A stretch of DNA of 64,000 bases from Patescibacteria group bacterium. GTDB lineage: Bacteria; Patescibacteriota; Microgenomatia; Levybacterales; GWA1-39-11. How positions within the stretch are numbered: the stretch's first letter is position 1; every line of letters begins with the position of its first letter. Location of the stretch: the NCBI GenBank assembly GCA_035549315.1, contig DASZRC010000012.1:5082-69081 (forward strand). The letters are read 5' to 3'. The notes under the pieces were generated by a model that searched no databases, was not told the DNA's origin, and saw nothing but the letters and a program-made list of their open reading frames with translations. The position numbers and the translations under genes are program-made. Shown piece by piece: positions 18,246 to 28,113 of this stretch.

Positions 18246-18599
18246 ATGGCATTTAGGTTTCGACAATTCCCCATATATCTAGAGCTTAGAGCTTTTGTGC
18301 TCGAGATCTATAAGCTTTCAGAAACTTTTCCCAAGGAGGAGCAATACGCGTTATCGTCTCAATTAAAGCGCGCCGCAACTTCTTCTGTATTAAATATCGC
18401 TGAGGGATCGATGAAAAAATCAGATGCAGAATTTAATAGATTTATATTAATTTCTGCAGGTTCTATTAGTGAGGTTGTTGCGATAATGGATCTCTGTTTA
18501 GATTTAAAATACATCTCCACTTCACAACACGCACAATTTATGCTAAAATGTGAGAATATTATAAAGCAATTATACGGCTTTAGCAGAAAACTTAAATAG
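18246..18599 (+). CDS. four-helix-bundle protein (TIGR02436; the 'S23 ribosomal protein'/23S rRNA intervening-sequence protein family, a misnomer)
   Basis: Conserved 'QLKRAATSSVLNIAEGSMK' motif and ~117-aa length typical of this family. Confidence 0.75.
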   Translation: MAFRFRQFPIYLELRAFVLEIYKLSETFPKEEQYALSSQLKRAATSSVLNIAEGSMKKSDAEFNRFILISAGSISEVVAIMDLCLDLKYISTSQHAQFMLKCENIIKQLYGFSRKLK

Positions 18600-18624
18600 T
18601 TTTCTGTTTTTAATTTTAAGTTAT

Positions 18625-18801
18625 ATGGCAAAGAAATCTGGCGCTAGAGTTACATTAGGACTTGCTTGTACCGTGTGTGGAACACGTGGATATGTCACGA
18701 GCAGAAACAAACTAAATACTCCAGATAAACTAAAGCCAAAGAAATTTTGTAGAAATTGTCGTAAAGTAACCGAGCACAAAGAAGTAGATAAGCTTAAATA
18801 G
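18625..18801 (+). CDS. rpmG: 50S ribosomal protein L33
   Basis: 58-aa ORF not in the supplied track (<60 aa): MAKKSGARVTLGLACTVCGTRGYVTSRNKLNTPDKLKPKKFCRNCRKVTEHKEVDKLK; four-Cys zinc ribbon and RN(K)xNTPD(K/R)L signature typical of L33. Confidence 0.85.
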   Translation: MAKKSGARVTLGLACTVCGTRGYVTSRNKLNTPDKLKPKKFCRNCRKVTEHKEVDKLK

Positions 18802-18802
18802 A

Positions 18803-19399
18803 TTAGCTCTTTGTGGGTAATTCAGTCTGTGGCCCTCTTGCATAGTAAGACTCAACATTAACATAAGTTTCTTCTTCTGTTCCATCTTCATTAATTGTCG
18901 CAAGATTAATAGTATATTCTCTTTTTATAAAATAAAGACCGTCTACATTGGAGTGATGCCATGTTTCAACAATATCTAATCCGCTTTTATTCTTTTTTCT
19001 GGGTTCTTTCCAGGCAGGGGTATCAATCTGATCCTGACCATGCGTAACGCGCCTGTATTTAGTTGGTAAATCTTTGGGAATATTAAGCTTACTGTAAAAT
19101 GGTCCTGAAGCGTTAAAATCTTCCGAGCATCCATATTCATGTCTGACCACGTCTCCAATTATTGCCATTTTTTCTTGTTGAACTATCCTTATGTCTCCTG
19201 CTTGATTTAAATATGTTCCTGACCTTCTTGGGTCATTATCGTAAAGAAAAACCGGTCTACCGTTGCTTTTCATTGCCAAAGCAATTCTGGCTTTTAATTC
19301 CATATAATATTCCGGATCAAAATCAGATGATCTTTGTTCCGGTATTCCGGTTAAGCCTTCGTTTGCTACCTTACTAGCATAATTTAATAACTCATTCAT
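18803..19399 (-). CDS. hypothetical protein
   Basis: 198-aa ORF convergent with rpmG; no recognisable motif. Confidence 0.45.
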   Translation of the reverse strand: MNELLNYASKVANEGLTGIPEQRSSDFDPEYYMELKARIALAMKSNGRPVFLYDNDPRRSGTYLNQAGDIRIVQQEKMAIIGDVVRHEYGCSEDFNASGPFYSKLNIPKDLPTKYRRVTHGQDQIDTPAWKEPRKKNKSGLDIVETWHHSNVDGLYFIKREYTINLATINEDGTEEETYVNVESYYARGPQTELPTKS

Positions 19400-19491
19400 G
19401 GGGTATGTTTATACCATTTTGTGGCTAATTTTTCAATTTTGGTAACAAAAGAAGATCTGGTAATCAAGTAAACTATGGCCACAAGGATGAA

Positions 19492-21804
19492 CTAGGGACG
19501 GATCGTGTAGCTAAACTTTGCTCTGTACATATTTCCGCCTCCAAATGTACCCGTTGGTGAACCGCTGTTTCCGGCTGCTCCCAGAGTCTTGTAGTACATT
19601 GCTAGCCAGTGAGCAGAGGAGAATGTAAGTGGTGTGTAGCCACTAATAGCCGGTTGGGTTGTACCTCCTGCAGTAGCCATAACCAAAACATGAACCTCAT
19701 TATTGGAGAACGTTGTAACCGGTGACCATGTTTCTGCCCCCATAGTTACAAATCCATTTGTGACACTGCTTATACCATCTATTGGGTTACCACTTGTTAC
19801 AGCATTTCTCCATACCTGTCCTTCTAGAAGTTGGTTAGAGTCTCCGCTGGTTGCTAAGTTGAGTGTGTATTTGGCACTTGATTCTCCGCTTGCACGTTTC
19901 CATGCTACATATACGCCATTGTTTGTGTAGTTGTTGGTTACAAATTCTGTAAATCCGGCCGGCCAAGTTCTAGTTGCAGATGCTGCAGCTTGTGAATTCT
20001 TGTATGTAAGGATGATTATGTCATTGTTAGCAGGAATTTGGCTAAAGGTTATATTAGGTGTTTTTGATCCCCAAGTTGGTGATGATACTGTTTGCTGTTG
20101 CAAAGTTATTGGTGAAGCATTTGGTGTAGGTGTAGCTGTAGGCTCTACAGTTGGTGTAGGTGTAGGTGTGTCTGTAGGTGTAGCTGTTGGCGCAGTTGTA
20201 GGTGTATCACTTGGTGCCAATGTTGCACTTGGTGCTTCTGTTGGTGTAGGTGTGCCGCCAATTACTTGTTGTGACCAAACTGCAAAGTCCCTAGCTCCAA
20301 GAGCGTATCCCCAGTATCCTGATGGTGGAGCAACTTTAACCATTACACTTGTTAGGCCCTCTGGAATTGGCACAAAGTATCCGGAAGCATCTTCTACCTT
20401 ACGTATAGTCTTATTAGGAGAAACCAAATTCCAGGTCGTACCGTTGTCATAACTTAAACTAATTGCGCCAACTGCTGAAAAGCGAAGGTAGGCGCCAACT
20501 GGTGATGGAGCATCAAAGGAAACCTTAGCAGTTCCACCTGTCCTTTGGTTTAGGCCTAAGAACTCTGGTGTTGTGTGAATTATTGTAAATGGAATAGTAG
20601 GAGACATTGTAATGTTATCCCAGTGCCACGTAGTAGCAGTTGCTGAATAACCAATAGTTTGGTAGGTAACCCCATTGCTCGTCACCGTAGAACCTATTGC
20701 GGTTGGCCAAGTTGGTTGTGTTGCTCCCGATGTTCCAGCCACTGTAACTTGGTAAGTACGAAGTTCTGTACCGGATGTAGGTTTTACTATGTCCCCAACG
20801 GCATAGTCATGATTTGCTTGCCAACTTGGGTAACAGTTATCAAGACAAATTCCTTTTACTGGATTATAGCTGTGTTGTGTAAATTGGACTACACCATCTC
20901 CAAATGTAAGTGGAGTTGTAAGATCTTTATCAAATATTACAAAGTTTTTCTCAGGCATGTAGAATTTAATGTGGGTTTTGCTAATTTCGATTGTAAACAG
21001 GTCGCGAGTTATTTTACTTGGGGTAAGTACTGATCTCCAGTTAGAGTATGTTTGGTATACTGTGCTTCCGCCAGACCCATTTGGTACCAAGAGCTCCCAG
21101 GAAACAGTATTTGTACCTGCTCCAAACATAAGTAATCCTACGTATGGATTGTTTGGTGGACCTTGTAGGTCAACGTTATCAAATCCAGTTTGGATTGGGA
21201 GGGTAATATTGTTTGCCCAAGGGGTTATGTAAAATTCTAGCCAGTCGCGGTCTGAGTTTCTGTTTGTACTCATGCGCCAAGATATTGTTGCTGTACCATC
21301 AGCAAAATTTATCATTTGGTTTGGAGTAAGCGCAATCATTCCATATCCGGCTCCGGAAATTGCTGTCATAATGTGGTTTTTACAGTTGAATATTCCAGTT
21401 TCTGCCATGTGTTCTTCATGTGTTGCCGGAGGGGCTGAACAATCAGCACCGTGATCTGCTACCATGCTGTCAAACACGTCGTTCATGTGGTCACGTTCAT
21501 GTAGTTGAACATCAAATTTTGCATATTGGGGCATTAGGTTAAATGCAAGTGGTGCTGTTGGTGCTCCGTCAAAAGTTTCACAAAATCCTACACAGTCTGG
21601 AGAGTCTGCATAGTTTTTGGTTTCAGAGTTTCTTTTTAAACCAATAAGTCCAAAATTTCCAAGACCGTCAAGTGGACCAAAGTAAAGAATGGTTGAGAAT
21701 ATTAAAAGAAGACCAAAACCGGTGGCAAGGTAAAGTCTTTTGCTCTTGCTAAAACTACTTGAGAAATCTGTCTTTAGTTTCTTCCAGTTAAGATTGAATA
21801 ACAT
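19492..21804 (-). CDS. membrane-anchored extracellular protein with PT-linker and C-terminal beta-rich domain
   Basis: N-terminal TM (LYLATGFGLLLIFSTILYFG); Cys-containing N-domain; linker 'TPTPTEAPSATLAPSDTPTTAPTATPTDTPTPTPTVEPTATPTPN'; no catalytic motif recognised. Confidence 0.55.
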   Translation of the reverse strand: MLFNLNWKKLKTDFSSSFSKSKRLYLATGFGLLLIFSTILYFGPLDGLGNFGLIGLKRNSETKNYADSPDCVGFCETFDGAPTAPLAFNLMPQYAKFDVQLHERDHMNDVFDSMVADHGADCSAPPATHEEHMAETGIFNCKNHIMTAISGAGYGMIALTPNQMINFADGTATISWRMSTNRNSDRDWLEFYITPWANNITLPIQTGFDNVDLQGPPNNPYVGLLMFGAGTNTVSWELLVPNGSGGSTVYQTYSNWRSVLTPSKITRDLFTIEISKTHIKFYMPEKNFVIFDKDLTTPLTFGDGVVQFTQHSYNPVKGICLDNCYPSWQANHDYAVGDIVKPTSGTELRTYQVTVAGTSGATQPTWPTAIGSTVTSNGVTYQTIGYSATATTWHWDNITMSPTIPFTIIHTTPEFLGLNQRTGGTAKVSFDAPSPVGAYLRFSAVGAISLSYDNGTTWNLVSPNKTIRKVEDASGYFVPIPEGLTSVMVKVAPPSGYWGYALGARDFAVWSQQVIGGTPTPTEAPSATLAPSDTPTTAPTATPTDTPTPTPTVEPTATPTPNASPITLQQQTVSSPTWGSKTPNITFSQIPANNDIIILTYKNSQAAASATRTWPAGFTEFVTNNYTNNGVYVAWKRASGESSAKYTLNLATSGDSNQLLEGQVWRNAVTSGNPIDGISSVTNGFVTMGAETWSPVTTFSNNEVHVLVMATAGGTTQPAISGYTPLTFSSAHWLAMYYKTLGAAGNSGSPTGTFGGGNMYRAKFSYTIRP

Positions 21805-21964
21805 AAGTTAAATAATATCTACAATCTATTGTTAAGGAAAAGTAAATTACTTGTCAATACCTCGGGCCGTTTTCTTACAATACCTCTTTGAAGCTCACCT
21901 ACATATTATATGTTTTGGATTTTGCAAGAGTTGATTTGGGCCTAATTTATGGTGTACTCTGAAA

Positions 21965-22885
21965 ATGATGGAAAAAAACAAATACGGTTTTATTGATAAT
22001 TTCGCCGCCCAATTCCTATTTTTCTTTGCAATAGGTGGGCTTTGCATAACTCTTCTATTGGTATTCCCAATTCCCCTTGCAACAATTATGCAGATTATCT
22101 TTACGTTAATTGTTGTAAGTATTTTCTCTTTAAGATTTGTTGTTTTTGAGGGGGATAGCAAAAAACCAAGCCTATATAAAGTTCTTGGGCTTATCCCAAT
22201 TGTCTTATTAATTCAGTTCTTAATATTTTCAACAGGAGGTCTTTCCAGTGTTTTTCTTGTCGCTTCTTATCTGTTTACTATTGGTCTATCTTTTCTTGTT
22301 TCCCCCCAGGCGGGTCTAACTTTTATAACCGCTAACACAATTTTACTCATTATATATACGGCCCTAGATGCCCGTTCAATTGATTTTTTCCAAAGAGAGC
22401 CGGCCGCTGCTGTCCTTTATTTGCTTTCATATATAGTTCTCATACCTTTTTCATATTTTGTTGCACGGGAGTATAGGGTTAAAGATGATTGGGCAGATGT
22501 TTTAAAAAAGCAGATAGAAATGTTTAAAACAGAAGAGGATGAATTTTTAAAAAACATTGATGAGGCGGTTGTTGTTGCGGATCCCAATTTTAAGGCAATG
22601 TATTTTAATGAAAATGCAAAAGACTATTGTAAAGATCCCAATAATATTGCAGGTCAACTAATATCTAATATTTTAAAATTCAAGAATTCAGATGGTAAAG
22701 TGCTTGATGCTGGTGATTTTCTTCATGATGCGCTTGATATGAGAAAAACCTTAACGCGTGCCAATATTATGGTTACAAATAACAAGGGCGGTCAAGAGAG
22801 AGCGGATTTAGTAGCTGTGCCAATTGTAGAAGATGGCAATGTAGTTGCAACTAGCCTCATAATTAAGAGCAAAGGCGCTAAATAA
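21965..22885 (+). CDS. polytopic membrane protein with C-terminal cytoplasmic PAS-like sensor domain, no output domain
   Basis: ~6 hydrophobic helices in the first 170 aa; C-terminal 130 aa have a PAS-like alpha/beta pattern; no kinase/GGDEF motifs. Confidence 0.4.
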   Translation: MMEKNKYGFIDNFAAQFLFFFAIGGLCITLLLVFPIPLATIMQIIFTLIVVSIFSLRFVVFEGDSKKPSLYKVLGLIPIVLLIQFLIFSTGGLSSVFLVASYLFTIGLSFLVSPQAGLTFITANTILLIIYTALDARSIDFFQREPAAAVLYLLSYIVLIPFSYFVAREYRVKDDWADVLKKQIEMFKTEEDEFLKNIDEAVVVADPNFKAMYFNENAKDYCKDPNNIAGQLISNILKFKNSDGKVLDAGDFLHDALDMRKTLTRANIMVTNNKGGQERADLVAVPIVEDGNVVATSLIIKSKGAK

Positions 22886-23530
22886 CTAAACAAAGATTAG
22901 GGAGAAGAGTGCAAAAGCTCCACCAAGAAGTGCGCCGCCAATAATGTCTGTTGTCCAGTGTTCACCAAGTGAAACGCGAGAAATAACCATTATCACCAAT
23001 ATTACTAAGATTATTGAGGTTAAGCCAAGCTTTATGGGCATGCTGAGCTTCTTTGAATGCCAAATTACATCAAGAAATACTATAGTAAGAAATGTGCTTC
23101 TCATAGAATGCCCTGATGGATAGGATCCTCCAGGCTGAACGTATCCAGTAGGAAACACAAAATCCAGGGCATACCTATGGAACATAAAAGGCGTGCCTGG
23201 ATGATCAAGAAAGGCTTTTCCTATAATCTCCACTACGTGCATGAGGCAGAACATGCCCACAATTATGAATCCGCCTAGCTTTCTTCTTATGAGAGCATAA
23301 ATAATAAGAATAGTAAGAGTGACCTCAAAGCTACCAAGAAGAGAGAACCATGAGAGGTATGGATCGGCTCTTAATGGAACGTGTCCCTGGATTCTGACGG
23401 TCATATTGAAGTCAAAACTCTTAAAAAGATCCTCTTTTACCAAGAAGGAGAAGATGTAGAAGAGGACAAGAAGAACAGACCCAATTCCTATATAAATGAG
23501 GTTTCTTTTGGTGAAGAATTTCTTGGGCAT
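22886..23530 (-). CDS. PAP2-family phosphatase (phosphatidic acid/undecaprenyl-PP phosphatase-like)
   Basis: PAP2 motifs: 'PSGHSMRS' and 'SRVSLGEHWTTDIIGG'; multiple TM helices. Confidence 0.75.
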   Translation of the reverse strand: MPKKFFTKRNLIYIGIGSVLLVLFYIFSFLVKEDLFKSFDFNMTVRIQGHVPLRADPYLSWFSLLGSFEVTLTILIIYALIRRKLGGFIIVGMFCLMHVVEIIGKAFLDHPGTPFMFHRYALDFVFPTGYVQPGGSYPSGHSMRSTFLTIVFLDVIWHSKKLSMPIKLGLTSIILVILVIMVISRVSLGEHWTTDIIGGALLGGAFALFSLIFV

Positions 23531-23610
23531 TTAACTATCTTATCAAAATAGCTTACCAAGCTCAATCTCACTTGAAAACCAGCCTATAATATGTTAATAT
23601 TACGCCTGAT

Positions 23611-25119
23611 ATGCTAGAAAGATATAGGGGACAAGAGGATAGATTAACGGCTGAGTCTTTGGGTATAAAGCCTGTAGCTTTTGTATTTGGAAGGGATGAG
23701 GATCGTGTTAATAGCTTATCTGTTGGATTATTGAGTCAAGGTGTGGTTGCTGTGCCATCAGTGGATCCAGAAGAGGTTAAGCGTCTTATGTTTGATCTTC
23801 GCCCCCATGCATTAATTTTAGATGAGGTTAGTTATCGACAATACGCGATTGATTGGATAAAGCAAAAAAGAATAATTCCTCCTTTGTTTATATATTCTGA
23901 ACATCCAATTCAAGATATTGAATTATCTAATGATACCGGAGTAGAAAGTACAATAGTTAGTCCAGATAACTATATAGAAATTTCTGATAAAGTTAAGGAT
24001 ATTTTGGCTAGGGGTTTGTCAGGGGTTAATCCTGTAGTCAAAATGGGATCAGTCGAAATTGACTTAAGAAGCCGCATTCTCAAAACTCCTACAGGTGATA
24101 TTAATTTGAGTTCAGAGAAAGAAAGACAAAAATTCGGTCGCGAATGGCCCATATTTGCATTACTTGCTATTAATGCTGGAAGAGAAATGAGTGGCGAAGA
24201 GCTCAAGATCAAAACAATGGGGCAGGGTCATTCAAAAGGGGAATTTAGGCAACATATGAGTAAGCTACGTAAAAGATTAGGTAGGTACAGCGATGTTATC
24301 CTAAAACCATATGGACAAAGTGTATCTGAATTTATGATTAAGCTCGACGATTCGAGTAAAGGGGTTGAGAAAGTTAAGACAAATAATGAAAAATTTAAGC
24401 CTGATGATTTGCCAATCGCCCCTTTGGTTGTCGTGGTTGGTAGTAGAAAATATGTGGATTATTTTTCCAAAGGTTTAAAGAATGAGGGGATTGGTGTTAT
24501 TCCTGCCTGGGATATTAAGGAAGCGGAGTTGGCTATGTTAGACATTCGTCCGGATGCGGTCATACTGGATGAATGGACTTATTGGGAAGATGGATTGAGA
24601 ATGGTAAGAGAGGGTGGTAAGATCCCTCCTTTATTAGTTTCTACGAGTAAGCAGGTTAAGGGAGTAAATATTTTTGGTAGAAAGGGAATTGATGCAGTGA
24701 TAAGCGAATCTGGTCACTCGGCAACTGCATCAAAGCTAAAAAGAGATTTGTCAAGAAGATTATCTAGGGTAAATTCAGTATTGAAACTTGGACCGATCGA
24801 AGTAGATTTAAATAATCATACCGTTGGTTCATCTGGTCAGACAATAGCATTTTTAAGAGCCGAAGAAATCAACACCTTCTTAAATGAAAATAGAAAGGCC
24901 GTATCCTTTAATTCAAAGCAATGGGCAATATTATCATACCTAGTAGTTAATTCTGGTAGAGCCGTTAGTAGGAGGGAGTTAATGCTTAGATTGTTGGGTG
25001 AAAGTAGTCCGCGCAGTTTCGCTTCTGATGTTAGAGATCTTAAAAATAAACTGGGTATATATTCTGACATTATTTCAGAAACTCCGGATGGTAAATATAC
25101 TCTTTCTGCGCCCAAATAG
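23611..25119 (+). CDS. internally duplicated OmpR/PhoB-type regulator: two (receiver-like + winged-helix trans_reg_C) units
   Basis: Two wHTH segments ('VKMGSVEIDLRSRILKTPTGDINLSSEKERQKFGREWPIFALLAINAGREMSGEELKIK' and 'LKLGPIEVDLNNHTVGSSGQTIAFLRAEEINTFLNE...WAILSYLVVNSGRAVSRRELMLRL'), each preceded by a receiver-like segment with 'LILDE'/'VILDE'; receiver motifs degenerate. Confidence 0.55.
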   Translation: MLERYRGQEDRLTAESLGIKPVAFVFGRDEDRVNSLSVGLLSQGVVAVPSVDPEEVKRLMFDLRPHALILDEVSYRQYAIDWIKQKRIIPPLFIYSEHPIQDIELSNDTGVESTIVSPDNYIEISDKVKDILARGLSGVNPVVKMGSVEIDLRSRILKTPTGDINLSSEKERQKFGREWPIFALLAINAGREMSGEELKIKTMGQGHSKGEFRQHMSKLRKRLGRYSDVILKPYGQSVSEFMIKLDDSSKGVEKVKTNNEKFKPDDLPIAPLVVVVGSRKYVDYFSKGLKNEGIGVIPAWDIKEAELAMLDIRPDAVILDEWTYWEDGLRMVREGGKIPPLLVSTSKQVKGVNIFGRKGIDAVISESGHSATASKLKRDLSRRLSRVNSVLKLGPIEVDLNNHTVGSSGQTIAFLRAEEINTFLNENRKAVSFNSKQWAILSYLVVNSGRAVSRRELMLRLLGESSPRSFASDVRDLKNKLGIYSDIISETPDGKYTLSAPK

Positions 25120-25167
25120 AGAAATAAAACTAAACCAAACAAGAGAAAAACAAATAATTCTAAGACT

Positions 25168-25803
25168 TTACACAAAATTCTCTATAAAATCTGTTCTGTG
25201 GTGGATTGTAGCGCCATGTGTTTTAAGCGCCATTCTATGTTCTAGACTCCCATAGCCTTTGTTTCTTCCCCAACCATATTCCGGAAAATCCCGAGACAGC
25301 TTTCTCATATATTCATCTCGAGCTTCTTTTGCAATTACGCTCGCTGCTGCAATAGAAAGGCAAATTGAATCTCCCTTTACAATTCCTTTTTGATTTTTTA
25401 ACCCAACACCTTTTATGTATTTGATTCTAAAACCATCCATTAAGACGTAGGGCTTATTAGTGCCGAGTTTTTTTACAATTTCTCTTGCCGCTTTATATGT
25501 TGCCTTACCAATTCCAATTTTGTTTATCTCATTAACCTCTATGTTGCTTATGTAGTAAGACAAACACTCATCCTTAATAATTTTTGAAAGCTTTTTCCTT
25601 TCCGTGTGTTTTAGTTTTTTGGAATCATTTATGCCGTAGGATAAAAGTTTAGCGATTCGTTTTTCACTGATCGTTGAATCAAATATTACTCCGGCAACAT
25701 AAAGGGGGCCGGCAAAGCAGCCTCTCCCTACCTCATCTATACCAATTGCAGAAAATCCATTCCTCCACAGCTCCAGCTCGTAATTTAGATTGGGAAACGT
25801 CAT
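25168..25803 (-). CDS. rnhB: ribonuclease HII
   Basis: 'GIDEVGRGCFAGPLYVAGVIF' RNase HII signature; start chosen at MTFPNLN (25803) rather than the longer Cys-rich N-terminal extension in the ORF track. Confidence 0.85.
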   Translation of the reverse strand: MTFPNLNYELELWRNGFSAIGIDEVGRGCFAGPLYVAGVIFDSTISEKRIAKLLSYGINDSKKLKHTERKKLSKIIKDECLSYYISNIEVNEINKIGIGKATYKAAREIVKKLGTNKPYVLMDGFRIKYIKGVGLKNQKGIVKGDSICLSIAAASVIAKEARDEYMRKLSRDFPEYGWGRNKGYGSLEHRMALKTHGATIHHRTDFIENFV

Positions 25804-25868
25804 GACCAATTTATAGCAAATAAAACCACATTTGAAAAGCAAACAAGTTATACATATAATATCCATTC

Positions 25869-26408
25869 ATGAGTGCAGAACATTATTTTGATATTAATTT
25901 AAACGGGGAAGATTTTACTAAGAATATCTCGGTCAGAAGAGAGAGGGAGGTTGGTAGGTCGCCAATAAATATAATGGCAAATGACATGATTAGTGAGGGA
26001 ATAATGGGTATTAGTGATGTTGGTAGGAAAACTCCCAATGTAAGCTTCGATGTTAACTCTGGTATGGTTCTATTTGGAGAAGGTTTAATTGCAATAGAGA
26101 GAATGATTTGGGACAGAGAATTTAATCTAAGTGAAATTCAAGCAGATATGATGCGTAAGGGTTCTGCCTATGATGTAAGATTTACTTTTCCAACAAGTGA
26201 GGGGCCGGTTGCAATCTCCGATGCTGAGTGGACAAAGATGAGAGATGCTGCAGTCAAGGATAAAACACTAGCATGTTTTTATGAAGATACAACTTTGCTT
26301 CCAGAGGTTGCAAGAAGGTTTGTGACAAGAGATATGACAAAACTTAGAACAATCAGGGAAAAAATTCTGCCAAAATACAAAACCCTAGCTATTCAGGTTT
26401 GCAAATAG
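25869..26408 (+). CDS. hypothetical protein (N-terminus MSAEHYF)
   Basis: 179-aa ORF divergent from rnhB; N-terminus shared with the next ORF. Confidence 0.45.
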   Translation: MSAEHYFDINLNGEDFTKNISVRREREVGRSPINIMANDMISEGIMGISDVGRKTPNVSFDVNSGMVLFGEGLIAIERMIWDREFNLSEIQADMMRKGSAYDVRFTFPTSEGPVAISDAEWTKMRDAAVKDKTLACFYEDTTLLPEVARRFVTRDMTKLRTIREKILPKYKTLAIQVCK

Positions 26409-26434
26409 AATAATTTGCCTTATAATACTTTTCA

Positions 26435-27094
26435 ATGTCAGTAGAACATATTTTTAAACAAGATTTTGCGGAATTTGATGCAGAAAATAAAAGACGCGTA
26501 GGGCTCTCCATGGTAGATAGAGAAAATGTGGCGTCAGTTGCTGGAAGAAGACTGATTGATATAGGTGGGGAGTATGTTAAGGATATCTCAAGACACCTTG
26601 ATCCTAGCGTTAGCTCAATGGAGCCTGAAGATGTGCGAAGCGCTATGATATATGGAGCTGCTCCCGGAGTTGCGATTATCGCCTATGGAGCTGCTATTAT
26701 TTATCTTGAAAACGCGTTGGTTGATAAATATTTCGATTTTGAAAATTATATTACAGAGGTAAATCTTGGTTTAAAAAGAACTCTTCATCCCGGACTCGAA
26801 ACAGAAGGAATTACTCCGGTAGAATTTCTAAATGTTTTAGGTAAGCCCTTGGATGATGATGGAATTGAAAAGAATTCTACAGAAAATAATGGTAACGATG
26901 CACCAACTAAATGGAAAAGAATGATAGATCTTCAGGCTGGTGATAGATACTTCACAAAGTTCTTTTTACCAGAAAATGAAGAGTTGCTGCCTAATTCCTT
27001 GAAGGATCTTTTAAATGGGACAGGTCTCATGGATATTATTAGGTTAAACCTTATCACTGAGTCACAGGATGGAAACCCTCAGGCCAATTCTTAG
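26435..27094 (+). CDS. hypothetical protein (N-terminus MSVEHIF)
   Basis: 219-aa ORF; N-terminus similar to upstream ORF, suggesting paralogy. Confidence 0.45.
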   Translation: MSVEHIFKQDFAEFDAENKRRVGLSMVDRENVASVAGRRLIDIGGEYVKDISRHLDPSVSSMEPEDVRSAMIYGAAPGVAIIAYGAAIIYLENALVDKYFDFENYITEVNLGLKRTLHPGLETEGITPVEFLNVLGKPLDDDGIEKNSTENNGNDAPTKWKRMIDLQAGDRYFTKFFLPENEELLPNSLKDLLNGTGLMDIIRLNLITESQDGNPQANS

Positions 27095-27138
27095 TTTGTA
27101 GTTTGAAAAGCGATCCCCTCAACTGATAGAATTTTTAC

Positions 27139-28113
27139 ATGGATGGAAATGTTATAGAAGCGCTTCGCGGTGTAATACCAGAAACCAGAAGAAGAATGGT
27201 TGAGGCTAGAAAAAATAATCCCCCAAGGCAAATGCCAAATATTGACTGGTCTGGAAGGTATGACCGCTTTGGTATTAGGAAGGGAGCCATTGCTCTTGGT
27301 GTTTCTGCCGGAATTGTTTTGGGTGGTCCATCAGCAGCTCACGTAGGTGAGAATGCAATTAATTCTATTCTTCCGGATAATCACTCTTCTCATGTTTTGG
27401 TTACAGAAGCAGGAATGCCCTCTCAAAATCTTCCAATAACACATGACAATCCAAATCCTCCGGCAGCAAAAATTGAGCAATCAAATCCAAATGTTTTAAT
27501 CTCGGAAGTTAAAGGAGTAAGGGCTGTAAACGGATACTTTGAGTCTAGTCCTCGTTTGATAAGTGATTCAAATAAAGAAGCAGATATAAAAGCCCTAGTT
27601 GATAAGTTGATGCCGGAAGTTCCAATGGGTCTTAAAGAGAACGCAAAAGTTTCTCTTCCAATGATATTAAAAGCACTGCATGATGAGGGCATTGATACGC
27701 CAAAAGTAATAGCTTTTGCTTTGGCAAATTGTGAACCGGAAAATGATTTAAAAGTTGATAAGGAGGAGATAGGCGGAGGAGCAGGGTTTAATTATAGTGG
27801 AGGGGATAAGTGGCATGCTAGGGGGTTAAGTGATTTAACACAGGACTATAACTATGAAAAATATGGAAAAAGACTAGGTATTGATTTGGTAAATAATCCA
27901 GATCTTGCTAAAGATGAAAGATATTCGGCTAAATTATATGCAGCTTTTCTAAAAGATGAGGGGATTGCAGACATGGTAAATAGAGGTGAGGTAGACGCAG
28001 CTAGAAGAAAATTTGGTGGAGATTTTGACGACAACAAGAATCCTTATAATGCTCAAATTCTGCACTATGTTATTCAGAGGACTAATGCGTATTACTTCCG
28101 CATGAAGAATTAA
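27139..28113 (+). CDS. membrane-anchored glycoside hydrolase family 19-like (chitinase/lysozyme-type) protein
   Basis: C-terminal 'GGDKWHARGLSDLTQDYNYEKYGKRLGIDLVNNPDLAKDERYSAKLYAAFL' matches the GH19 core (RGPIQLT..NY..G..LG.DLL.NPDLV); hydrophobic segment 'GAIALGVSAGIVLGGPSAAHVG' near the N-terminus. Confidence 0.6.
   Translation: MDGNVIEALRGVIPETRRRMVEARKNNPPRQMPNIDWSGRYDRFGIRKGAIALGVSAGIVLGGPSAAHVGENAINSILPDNHSSHVLVTEAGMPSQNLPITHDNPNPPAAKIEQSNPNVLISEVKGVRAVNGYFESSPRLISDSNKEADIKALVDKLMPEVPMGLKENAKVSLPMILKALHDEGIDTPKVIAFALANCEPENDLKVDKEEIGGGAGFNYSGGDKWHARGLSDLTQDYNYEKYGKRLGIDLVNNPDLAKDERYSAKLYAAFLKDEGIADMVNRGEVDAARRKFGGDFDDNKNPYNAQILHYVIQRTNAYYFRMKN

Noticed and set aside
19931-20452. Plus-strand ORF with VGVGV repeats; similar cases at 46678..46905 and 15879..16079
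   Set aside because: Antisense translation of PT-linker coding DNA in real minus-strand genes.
25804-25866. Longer rnhB start (MDIICITCLLFKCGFICYKLV...)
   Set aside because: Cys-rich hydrophobic extension atypical for RNase HII; the internal Met gives a canonical N-terminus 10 residues before the GIDEVGRG motif.
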